Shown here piece after piece: positions 26,501-37,081 of a DNA stretch of 64,000 nucleotides. Within the stretch, counting starts at the first letter, position 1, and each line of letters starts with the position of its first letter. This stretch comes from Paraspadella gotoi. Lineage: Eukaryota; Animalia; Chaetognatha. Under the pieces are notes generated by a model, which was not told the DNA's origin, did no database searches, and was given only the letters and a program-made list of their open reading frames with translations. A program made the position numbers and the translations under genes. The DNA lies in assembly GCA_051294375.1 (NCBI GenBank), contig CM119268.1, positions 5,140,759 through 5,204,758 on the forward strand, written 5' to 3'.

Positions 26501-27878
26501 CATTAATATTAATTAATATTAATTAATATTAATTAATCCACCCTCCACAGCAGTCTTGGGACGCCAACGACTAAATGCCGGTTCTCCTCCCGGATCGTCC
26601 TCTTCCTCTTCCATCCCCTCCTCCTCTTCCTCCTCCCATTCCCACCCCTCCCCCCGCTCCTCTTCCCCGCTGTCCTTCAGCCACTCCAGCCGCGGCCTAC
26701 CTCCCCTCCTCTCTCTCCCTCTTTCCTTCCTCCTCCCTCCCTCTCAGTTTTACTCCACCCTCTATCGCGGCCAGAGTCTGTCCGCGTCTACGGACTCGGC
26801 GCGTCCGGCTTGCTCCAGAGAATGCCGCTGCAGAGAAGACGCGGCCGCCGCTCCCGCCGTTCCAGCCGCGGCCGAGAGACTTCGCGGCTGGACCTGCCTG
26901 CCCCCAGTGTGCCTTCCCGTCAAGTCCTGCGTGTGAACGACGTCGCCACGCCACTTCCGGTCGGCGATTCGAAAACGGGGATGAAGTGCCGACGGACGCA
27001 GGAACTCTCTGGCCGCTGCGCCGTCGGACGGATCGTCTGCGCTTAAAACCGGAAACGGCGAAACCCGAGGGACGAACGACGACGAACGACGAGGACGAGA
27101 CGAGGGGTCCCCGAGTTCGATCCCCGTCTTCGAGAGGAATAGTCCTTCATCTCGGTACAGTCGAATCGAAAGAGGAAAATCTCATGAAGAAATTCCAACC
27201 CAAGATTTCTCTTTGACGACGCTGCAGGAGAAGCTGCAGTGGCTGCTGGACAGCGTCGCACGGACGGTGTTCGCTTGTTCGGACAAGTGGGTTGATTGGG
27301 GGAATATTTTGTGTTTTTTTTAAATGATTCTGATAGAGCTTAAATAGTAAAAAAGCAAAAATGTAATAACAACTTTTAAAAACTTTGAGTTTTATTGCTG
27401 AAAATTAGAAAAAATTACTAAAAATCATCGGATGATGATGATGATGATGATTTTTTACTTTGTTTAAACAATTTTTCATAAGCTATTTAAAATCTACTGC
27501 TTTTAAAAATATATAAAATTCCCCGCCAAAAAATTTGACTTTTTTACCTATAAAAAAATATTTAAAAAAAATTTACTAATCTGCTTCAAGCCATTTTAGA
27601 CAATTTTGGTCCATTGAAAGTTTTCTCCAGAAATGTATGAAGTTTCATTTGGGAAGGTTCCCAAGTCCAACTTCTGACCCACCCCATTGACAAAGTTTGG
27701 CCCTTACTCACCGTCACGCTAGTCCACTTGAATGCTCTCTTTAATTTATTTTAAAGTTAACTTACTCCCACCTCACTAATTAACTTTCGGCTTCGGTGTC
27801 AAATCGTGATCGTCCCCCGACGATCTCGGACAATCTCGAGTTCGTCGTCAAGGCTTTGCGACCGATCTTCAAGTCGAC
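23782..27878 (+). pseudogene. Frameshifted duplicate copies of Gfrl exons D (23782-23931), E (26100-26380), F (26551-27286) and partial G (~27790-27878); probably an uncorrected long-read copy, not a true pseudogene
   Basis: Near-identical to the intact copies, introns included, but with scattered 1-bp insertions (exon D 150 vs 145 nt, exon E 281 vs 274 nt). Ends abruptly at a 25-N gap. Confidence 0.75.
25826..25852 (+). promoter_or_regulatory. Four nuclear-receptor half-sites at DR1 spacing (duplicate at ~30903-30929)
   Basis: aggtca-t-tggtca-a-aggtca-a-aggtca. May instead be part of a repeat family. Confidence 0.25.
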
Positions 27879-27903
27879 NNNNNNNNNNNNNNNNNNNNNN
27901 NNN
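27879..27903. other. 25-N assembly gap (identical 25-N gaps at 29547-29571, 38131-38155, 47138-47162, 50187-50211, 56316-56340)
   Basis: Fixed-length placeholder gaps adjacent to duplicated or noisy sequence. Confidence 0.95.
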
Positions 27904-27987
27904 AGAGAGAGAGAGAGAGAGAGAGAGAGAGCTATATTTAAATACACCGTTTCAAACTTATCTATTGACTGACTCTCCCAACCCAAG

Positions 27988-28132
27988 GGAAATGTCTTCG
28001 CTCCTCGCCCGAGGCCTGCGAATATCCGCTCATCGGTCTCCTTGGAACGATACTCACCTCGGAATGCACCTGCGACGACGACGACGACAACGACGACGCG
28101 CGCAGGGGAATCACATCTGACAGCGACGTCAG
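27988..28132 (+). CDS. Gfrl: Gfrl-like gene, exon D (intact copy): middle of D3-like domain
   Basis: GKCLRSSPEACEYPLIGLLGTILTSECTCDDDDDNDDARRGITSDSDV contains the GFRalpha D3 signature C-x6-C-xxxxxGLxGT-xxT...CxC. Branch-like ctgac, acceptor aag at 27985-87, donor gtagaa at 28133. 145 nt, phase 1/2. Not called in this frame by the ORF track. Confidence 0.88.
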
Positions 28133-28677
28133 GTAGAAACGGACGCTTGGTCCTTGGAACGGGTCGTCAACTCAGTTCGTCTGAATGTCAAGCGGCGTTT
28201 CTTCATTTTAAGACAGAAGGAGAGCGAGAGAGAGATACACTTTTTTTTTCAAAGAGAGCATATACTTGGGATCTCTGATTGTTTATGTTTTCTTATTTGA
28301 GCCCTTAAAGAGAAGTTTCATCATTCTTTTATTGTGTCAAAAGTTGATTAGGATATGGCTATTCCCGCTATTATCTTGTTTAATAATTGATTTACGATTG
28401 CGGTTCTTCCCTTTCAAAGGACGTCAGGGTTAATAGTTTTTTAGGAAGCAAGTGTTTTTATTACATTGTTGTTAATTTATTTTAATATGACTAAAGTTTA
28501 TCACTTTGTTGCTATATTTATTTTGCTTTATAGTCTTTTTTTCTTTCCCTCTCTTTCCCCTCCCCTATTCTTCTTTTTTTTTTTCTTTCTTTGCCCTCTT
28601 CCACCATTTCACACAAAAGAGTTCACCGTTTTTACCTTTTTCACAGGTAACCAGTGTAGTTTGCTCTTTTTTTCCAG

Positions 28678-28886
28678 CGTCACGTGACCTCCCCTCCTCC
28701 TTCTCCGTCTCCTCCTGGTCTCGCTCCGGCGATGACTCCCGTGTTCGGCGCTCGAACTTCGATGTCGCGAGGACGACGACTGCAGAGGAAGACTCGACGA
28801 CTATATCTATGGATGTGCCGAGGGATGTGGAAGGTGAGAGAGAGAGAGAGAGGAGAAGAGAGAGAGAGAGAGAGAAGAGAGAAGAG

Positions 28887-28922
<36 letters not shown>

Positions 28923-29200
28923 CTATATTTAAATACACCGCTTTCAAACTTATCTATTGACTGACTCTCCCAACCCAAGGAAATGTCTTCGCTCCTCGCC
29001 CCGAGGCCTGCGAATATCCGCTCATCGGTTCGCCTTGGAAGATACTCCCACGGGCCACTTTCTTACTCGCACACAACGACGATGCCGAGGGAAATGCCCA
29101 AGAAGCTGCGAGGGGAGCGCGGGACGGGAGGAGCGGAGCGGACAGAGGGCAACATTGTACGTACGGCGCGGCAGGGAATCACATCTGCAGCGCACGTCAG
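28678..29200 (+). pseudogene. Further degraded copies of Gfrl exons C and D, decaying into noisy sequence before a 25-N gap
   Basis: cgctcgaacttcgatgtcgcgaggacgacgactgcagaggaagactcgacgactatatctatgg and aaatgtcttcgctcctcgccccgaggcctgcgaatatccgc repeat the exons at 23468 and 27988, with indels. Confidence 0.7.
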
Positions 29201-30430
29201 GTAGAGAGGACGGACGCTTGGTCGTTGGCAGACGGCCGGCTGTCGTTTAGGTTTCCACTCAGGATTTTCAGGTTAGTGGTCAGGGTTGCATCTGAATGAG
29301 TCAAAGCGGGCGCTGATTTCGTGAGTAGGTCGTCTTGTTGAGTCGGCCTGCTTAGGTATTTGATTATTTAGGGACAGAGAGGCAGAGAGAGTGAGGGTGG
29401 TCGATATATTGGAGGTTGTGAGAGGTTTTAGTGAATAGTTGTTTAGTGAGAGTGTGAGATCGATGAGAAACGAGAGAAGAGAGGCGAGAAGAGAGAGAGA
29501 GAAGAGAGAGAGAGCCGAGAGAGAGAGAGAGAGCGAGAGAGAGAGANNNNNNNNNNNNNNNNNNNNNNNNNGAGAGAGAGAGAGAGAGAGAAATGAGAGG
29601 CCTGAAAATGGAAAAAATAAAATAAAGGAAAAAAAGAAGAAACTAAAGGCAAAGAGAATGAGAAGAAAAGATATGAAGAAAGATGTCAGAAATGATAATG
29701 ACAAAGGAATTAAGGAATTAAAGAAAAAGAATAAAAGATCAAATAGCAAGCAAATTCGAAAGGATATCAGTTTCTTATCTCATTGGATTACATGATATGA
29801 TATCGGATGTCGGAACTTCGGAGAGCGAGCGTCTTCCTCCGTTTTAGCTTTTATAGTTTATACTATAAATGTATTATTACAACTACTACGGCTACTACTG
29901 AATATGTAGCTTTTCAGTATCAGTGGTTTGTTTGAAATCCGTTAACATTGTAAAAATTATCATGCTTCTTTCACGAGTCTTATTGTCAGAATACCGGTTC
30001 ACTCATATAATTATTTTTTGTAACGACCTCCAAAACTAGTACATTCAAACTCATTTTCCAGGAAAATTCATTGCAATGGTCGCGTTTTACAGTTAACAGT
30101 TGACAGTTAGTTCTGTCGACAGTTTACAGTTTACCAACAACATTCTTTGACAGTTGAATCTTCGTTATACGTAATATTTACGACATGAAAACAATTTTAA
30201 ATATTGTTTTACATCTCGCCCCCTTTTTTTCACTCATTTTGCTGACTTATGTAATATGTATGGATGATTTGTTTGTTTTCTGTACTGAATCAACCTTGTT
30301 GCATTCGAATAAAGCGCTTATAACATGCTTCTCGTAAATTCGTAATCTGATTAAAATCATTAACTTATTCACTCAATGCGACTCGTAATTTTTATTTATC
30401 TCCCTCTCTCTCTTTCTCTTTCTTTCTCTC

Positions 30431-30529
<99 letters not shown>

Positions 30530-31163
30530 TCTAATGAGACCTCCGTTTCGTTCTTTCTCTCTTTCTTCCAATAATTTAACAATAAACTTTTCACTCGGTG
30601 TTTTATCATTCACAACATTTGTCACTTCCCGTTTTTCATCCCACCCAACTGAATTTTGGCAAGATCGCGTTTAATTTTTTTTAATAAATGTTTTTTTAAG
30701 TAACAGGATGCTCTATATCTATAAATTATAATATAGTTTCGTTTGGCGTTGCTATCTTCCACCAATTGTTCCCAGAAGAAATCAACTGTCAAAATGATCT
30801 TTGTGGTTGAAAATTACAAAATAAAGTTGGTTAACATCTCGATTATATTTTTTAAAACTATGAAATAGCCTTGTCATTATAGATCCAAGACTATCTACCA
30901 AAAGGTCATTGGTCAAAGGTCAAAGGTCATGAGACTAAAAATAAAGGTCGAGACTCCTGGTGACACCTTGATGAACCTGGAAAAGAAAATGTTAATTCTC
31001 TTTCTCTTCTCGATCTCGACAAGCGAAATATTAGAAATTCGTTACGGACTTAATTTCTATGAAATGAAATACTGAAGACCACACTTCCCACCTCCTTCTC
31101 TACCTGTCCTCCTCCTCCTCCTGCTCCTCCTCCTTCTCCTCCTCCCTCCCTCTCTTTACTTAG

Positions 31164-31437
31164 ATGCGTCCACGCCCAGACTCGCGTCGCCAATAATTCT
31201 TGTGCATCTCGAACGAAACTCGATTATCATTTAGCGACGCAAAATCTCAAGGAAGTGGTGGAGCGGTTTTTGTCTCCCGCCAATCGAGAGGCGGTCTACC
31301 GACGCCACCAACGAGTTCACGGTGGATGGCGTGGTGGTGGCGGCGGAGGCGGCGGAGGCGGCGGCGGAGGCGGTGGTGGCGGGGTGACTGCGGTCAAGAA
31401 AAGAAACGCGGGTGAAACGGCGGCCGCTAAATTTCAG
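31164..31437 (+). CDS. Gfrl: Gfrl-like gene, exon E (intact copy): end of D3 plus linker
   Basis: RCVHAQTRVANNSCASRTKLDYHLATQNLKEVVERFLSPANREAVYRRHQRVHGGWR-G(n)-VTAVKKRNAGETAAAKFQ supplies the last two D3 Cys (C...NxC). Acceptor ttag at 31160-63, donor gtaaaa at 31438; phase 2/0; no stops. Confidence 0.85.
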
Positions 31438-31464
31438 GTAAAAATTCGTTGATAAATAAACATT

Positions 31465-31563
<99 letters not shown>

Positions 31564-31611
31564 CATTAATATTAATTAATATTAATTAATTAATTAATCC
31601 ACCCTCCACAG

Positions 31612-32324
31612 CTCTGGGACGCACGAACTAAATGCGGTTCTCCTCCCGGATCGTCCTCTTCCTCTTCCATCCCCTCCTCCTCTTCCTCCTCCCATTCCAC
31701 CCCCTCCCCCCGCTCCTCTTCCCCCGCTCCTTCAGCCACTCCAGCCGCGGCCTACCTCCCCTCCTCTTCCTCCCTCTTTCCTTCCTCCTCCCTCCCCTCT
31801 CAGTTTTACTCCACCCTCTATCGGCCAGAGTCTGTCCGCGTCTACGACTCGGCGCGTCCGGCTTGCTCCAGAGAATGCCGCTGCAGAGAAGACGCGGCCG
31901 CCGCTCCCGCCGTTCCAGCCGCGGCCGAGACTTCCGGCTGGACCTGCCTGCCCCCAGTGTGCCTTCCCGTCAAGTCCTGCGTGCTGAACGACGTCGCCAC
32001 GCCCACTTCCGGTCGGCGATTCGAAAACGGGGATGAAGTGCCGACGGACGCAGGAACTCTCTGCCGCTGCGCCGTCGGACGGATCGTCTGCGCTAAACCG
32101 GAAACGGCGAAACCCGAGGACGACGACGACGACGACGAGGACGACGAGGGGTCCCGAGTTCGATCCCCGTCTTCGAGAGGAATAGTCCTTCATCTCGGCT
32201 ACAGTCGAATCGAAAGAGGAAATCTCATGAAGAATTCCACCCAAGATTTCTCTTTGACGACGCTGCAGGAGAAGCTGCAGTGGCTGCTGGACAGCGTCGC
32301 ACGGACGGTGTTCGCTTCGGACAA
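31612..32324 (+). CDS. Gfrl: Gfrl-like gene, exon F (intact copy): Ser/Pro mucin-like stretch, FnI/VWC-like Cys modules, start of SEA-like region
   Basis: Single open frame LWDARTKCG-S/P rich-SQFYSTLYRPESVRVYDSARPACSRECRC...WTCLPPVCLPVKSCVLN...GRRFENGDEVPTDAGTLCRCAVGRIVCAKPE...RGIVLHLGYSRIERGNLMKNSTQDFSLTTLQEKLQWLLDSVARTVFASD. Acceptor cacag at 31607-11, donor gtgggt at 32325; phase 0/2. Confidence 0.85.
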
Positions 32325-32808
32325 GTGGGTTGATTGGGGGGATATTTTGTGTTTTTTTAAATGATTCTGATAGAGCTTAAATAGTAAAAAAGCAAAAAAT
32401 GTAATAACAACTTTTTAAAACTTTGATGTTTTATTGCTGAAAATTAGAAAAAATTACTAAAATCATCGGATGATGATGATGATGATGATTTTTTACTTTG
32501 TTTAGACAATTTTTCATAAGCTATTTAAATCTGCTTTTAAAAATATAAAATTCCCCAAAAAATTTGACTTTTTTACCTATAAAAAAATATTTAAAAAAAT
32601 ATTACTAATGCTTCAAGCCATTTTAGACAATTTTGGTCCATTGAAAGTTTTCTCAGAAATGTATGAAGTTTCATTTGGGAAGGTTCCCAAGTCCAACTTC
32701 TGACCCACCCCATTGACAAAGTTTGGCCCTACTCACTCACCTAGTCACTTGATGCTTCTCTTTAATTTATTTTAAAGTTAACTTACTCCCACCTCACTTA
32801 ACTTTCAG

Positions 32809-32981
32809 GCTTCGGTGTCAAATCGTGATCGTCCCCCGACGATACTCGGACAATCTCGAGTTCGTCGTCAAGGCTTTGCGACCGATCTTCAAGTCGAAGC
32901 GGGCCGTCGAAGATGACGGACTGGGATATGGAAGAGCGGAGGAAGAAGAGGAAAAAAGAGAAGACGAATTCGAAGAAATAA
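32809..32981 (+). CDS. Gfrl: Gfrl-like gene, exon G (SEA-like region)
   Basis: KLRCQIVIVPRRYSDNLEFVVKALRPIFKSKRAVEDDGLGYGRAEEEEEKREDEFEEI. Acceptor tttcag at 32803-08, donor gtaaag at 32982; phase 2/1. Confidence 0.78.
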
Positions 32982-33334
32982 GTAAAGAATTTGGGGAAAA
33001 AAAGGGTTGGATTTTTTTTTTAGTTTTCGTTTTTAGAAAAGATAAGATTCATCGTCTTTATTGGCGAGCGGAAAAAGAATTTTAGTTATTTCATTTAAAC
33101 AGCAGCACATTTCTTAAGACTTCCGGATTTCCCAAAGGCGAAAAAAAGGGAATGTTAGAAACGTCTTGCTGATTAAAAAAATAAATCATGTTAATTTTTA
33201 TAACTATTTTTTTTTGTTGGCAAGTAAAGACGACCAACACAAATACTGCTTCCTTTTATTCCATGACTTTAGTTTATTTATTTTTCTGATAAAGTATTTC
33301 CTCCCAACTCTTTCAAACCTTTTCCCCTTCTCAG

Positions 33335-33816
33335 GTCAACCCCCATCCCTCGGCGCCTTCCGTTCCCCCCGGTCCTCCTCCTCCTCCTCCTCCTCCTCCT
33401 CCTCCCTCTGCCTCTCCTCGGTCGTTCTTCTCAGTCGCATCATAAACTCCAGATCTCCGGTCGTCACCGACGATTTTCTCCTTTCCATCATCAAAGTGTC
33501 TTTTGTTGAATTTCAACTTCCGCGGTTCCATCGCCTGGACGACGACGACGACGACGACGACGCCGTCCGAGAATCTCACGACCGACGCCAGGGGGCGCCG
33601 CCCTTTGCCTCGTCCACAGCCTCGTCCTTTGTTCCCCGTTTCCTTCCCCGCTTCCCCGCTCCGTTCTCCCCTTTCCCTTTCTCCATTTCCTCCTTTCCTT
33701 CCTTTTACTTTCCTTTTCCCTCTTTCCTTTTTTTTCCTCCTTTACTTTTTTTCCTCCTTCCCTGCCTTTTTTTCCTCAACCCTTTTGCCCGACGGTCGAG
33801 ACCGACAAAGTGCTGA
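33335..33816 (+). CDS. Gfrl: Gfrl-like gene, terminal exon H: end of SEA-like region and hydrophobic GPI-signal/membrane tail
   Basis: SQPPSLGAFRSPR-S(n)-LCLSSVVLLSRIINSRSPVVTDDFLLSIIKVSFVEFQLP...ASSTASS...FPSFLFFPPLLFFLLPCLFFLNPFARRSRPTKC*. Acceptor tctcag at 33329-34; phase 1; TGA at 33814-16. Confidence 0.8.
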
Positions 33817-34301
33817 TGTCGGTCTCACGATCTGTCCTTCTCCTTCTCCTCTTCCTCCTCCTCTTCATCCCCGCTCCACCTCCCCGTACTCCTCCATGCT
33901 CCATGCTTCCCCACCTTCTCCTCCATGCTTTTCTTTTTCATGCTCAATCGCCATCGTCGTTGTCATCATCGTCGTCGTTGTCATCGACGTCGTCGTCGGC
34001 GGCGTCGTCGTTTCGTGGCGTTTGGGTGGCGTTGCGTTGGCGTGGCGTTCTCGTAGCGTGGCGCGCTTATCCTCGCGGCGCCGAAGATAAAGACAAGGGA
34101 CGTCGGGCGGCGTGGCGAAAGGGGGCGCGGGGTTTTCGAAAAAAAAAAAAGACGCCGTCTTTTTGTGTGCGCAATTTTGTTGCCAACGGCGAACAATTAT
34201 TATCATTACTATTATTTGTTTTAATCGTTGGATATTTCGAATGTATAACAATGAGCAGCGAATTTAACGATCAGGCTCTAACTTTAATTGACGTTCCCGT
34301 T

Positions 34302-34361
<60 letters not shown>

Positions 34362-36726
34362 TTTTTTTTCTAATACTGCAGGTGCTACTACGTAGAAAGT
34401 TTCTCCCCGAATAATTTTTGTCACGATTGAAAAAAAAACATTAGTTTGTTTATGTCTCTGTGGTTTGTTTTTGTTTTTTTTTTGTTTTTTTTTAGCTACA
34501 TAACGTTACGGTTACGGTTCGAATTCAGACAAGTTAACAGTCGATATTTTTATGATGAGAACGCTCCAATCTTTATTTCTATTTACTTATTTTGTATTAC
34601 GTCTGCTGAAATATTTCTGTAATAATTTTTTTGTTATATTTTACAACTTTAGTCTAAGACCAAAAAAAACCAAGTTTTTAATCAATAAACGTTTTATCAT
34701 TTGGCTTTCCGTCAAAATAAAGCACAGTAAGTTTAAAAGTATTTTTACAATCTTTTTTATCAATCAAAATTAACTTTTTTTAAGTTATAAATTCTACGAA
34801 AGAGTTCCGTTTTTTTGCCTGCCCTAACTAAACTAAAATTTTATGACAAAAAGATCATCATTTGTAGTTTTAAACAACGTTCCAAATTAAAACATAATCA
34901 TTGTTAAGAATAGATTTTGTCAATCGGGAAAACTTCTCGAAATCGGAAAAGCCACATAATATCGAGTACATATTAAACTCGGAACGTTGGCAAGTTTTAC
35001 TTTGAAGTGGTTTGATTTAATTCAAGAAATAAAAACAATCGTGCCTAGGCCTAAATTGACATGTATGAAGTATGAAAGTTAACTAATCTTTTGATTCATG
35101 TTCTTGATAAAGCCGGTCGGCGCACAAAGGATTTTCCTCTCTCGCCTTCATCATCGACTCACGCGGATTTTCATTAATAAATCAGATTTTTTTTTTTCTT
35201 GCGCCGCGAGTACTAGCGGAGAACTCAATAAGTTACTTTTTGGTCGGTCTGTCCCTCTTATATCTGAATACTAAATGGTATAATACCAAGGGATTTCTAT
35301 TTATATTTGGCAGATATTTGTTTAATCATGATAGTTATATAGTTATAAATAGTTATATAAATAACTAATATGTATTCAGGCTTACAGGTTAATACTTAAC
35401 AGTAAAGATTTATATATGAAATATTATATATATAATATAATTTTATACAATACATATATATATAAATATAAATACTTAATCACGTGATTATCACGTAAAA
35501 AAAGTTAATGAGGCGCAACTCATTTAAATTATCGGTTCTTCTGTCCAATCTTGCGACGACCTATCATTTTGTACAGTAGCGCCGCCGTTGCTGTTTTGTC
35601 TGAAATAATGAATTTAAAAAAAAAACACAAAAAGATTATCAGTTGTTAACAATCGTTCCTTTTCCCCTATTTACCAACCTCTAAACAAAAGGATTAAAAA
35701 TCGATTTCCTAAACAACTCCCCCCCCAAAAAAAAAGAAAAAAAAAGAAACATATCTCTAACGTTTAATTCAGTTTCATGTAATTTTTTGTTTTCGTTTTT
35801 ATTACATAAAGGTTTGATAACGTTTCGACTAACGAAATTATTTATTATTCATTGGTTTTACTACCAGTGCCCTTCCCCCATTACAAAAAAAAATATTGTT
35901 TAAACTTGTGAATCCTTGTGTTGCTAATAAAGATTCTGACCAAGTTAAAATTTTTGTTGAGTTGTAATGTAGGTAAATATCACTCGAAATAAAATATAAG
36001 TTAGAGAGAGAGAGAGAGAGAGATGAGCAGAGACGAGCAGAGAGAGAGAGAGAGTGAGTTTTGAACTAAAACTTCTCAAAGACTCACCCAATAATTTTCA
36101 AAGTATGATTAATACGGAATACAGACTGTATTACAGGGAATACAGGTAAGAAACTCGTAGCACTAATCTTAACAATAATCTTAACCATAATCTCAACAAT
36201 ACTCTTAACAATAACGCTTTCGTATAAAACATCCAACTTTATCGACATCACAAAGTCGCGTTCCGACGACCGAGTGGAGCCGAAACGAAAATAAAAATAA
36301 GTAAAGTGGACGGCAAGGAAAAATGCTGCTCGAGGAGCGATGCTCTTTTTATTCGCTTTAGCTCGACGAAGTTGGGTTGACTCGTGCTGCCACCGAGTGA
36401 AAGCGGAAGGAATGAGATATTTTTAAAAAAGAAAACAATTTGTTTTTTAATTAAATAAAACCCAAAGGCTTTTTTCTCTTTGGTTCTTTTTTTCCCACAA
36501 TCAGGAGCGTGTATAGTGCTCGTCACCATTTACCAAGCCGTGAGGAACTTAAATATTATATATAACCAGAAAAAAGAAATAAAGGTGAGCGATTGAACAC
36601 TACAAGTTAAGGCGGTGTAAAAGTTCTAAATTTACTTTATATTAAAATTCTAAAGTGAGGACCGAACAAAATTATACTAATGAACATTTATGTATAAAAG
36701 AATTTATAATAAATTTTACAATTTAG

Positions 36727-37081
36727 GCAGCAGGCCATATTTATACTAGTACTAATCCAATAATTGTTAAAATTTTAAAACAGTTTTTTCTAAGATTTTT
36801 TTGCAGATTTGGATTCGTCATAAAAAGTTGTTAAAAAAGAAATATAACGCTTTTTTGAAAAATTCCTTCATTAAGTGGGTCAAAAATTAAAAAAAATCTA
36901 TATTTTAAGCTTAAAAAATTAACTTTTATATATTAAATATAGTATTATTTTAATTTTTTAACCACTTCTTTTATCAACTTTTGACGAGGAATTCAAATCT
37001 GCAATCAAAATTAAGAAAAGCCTTCTTTTGAATTTTTTCGATTTATAATGATAGTACTATATATAAATATAAGCCTACTGC
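36727..37081. mobile_element. AT-rich fold-back / MITE, probably related to 5661-6062
   Basis: gcagcaggccatatttata...tgcagatttggattcgtcataaaaagttg pairs with caacttttgacgaggaattcaaatctgca...tataaatataagcctactgc. Shares the gattc..cataaaaagttg motif with the 5661 element. Confidence 0.62.

Larger units (their letters stand above)
23170..32897. repeat. ~4.7 kb direct tandem duplication (~23170-27878 vs ~28295-32897) plus a third fragment at 27904-28232
   Basis: Long collinear matches, e.g. ggacgtcagggttaatagtt at ~23260 and ~28419, and aaatgagaggcctgaaaatgg at ~24174 and ~29591. Confidence 0.93.

Noticed and set aside
28133-28215. Peptide SSECQAAFLHF as the end of D3
   Set aside because: It is out of frame with exon D and lacks the final NxC. 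Splicing at 28132 to exon E supplies both remaining Cys in frame.
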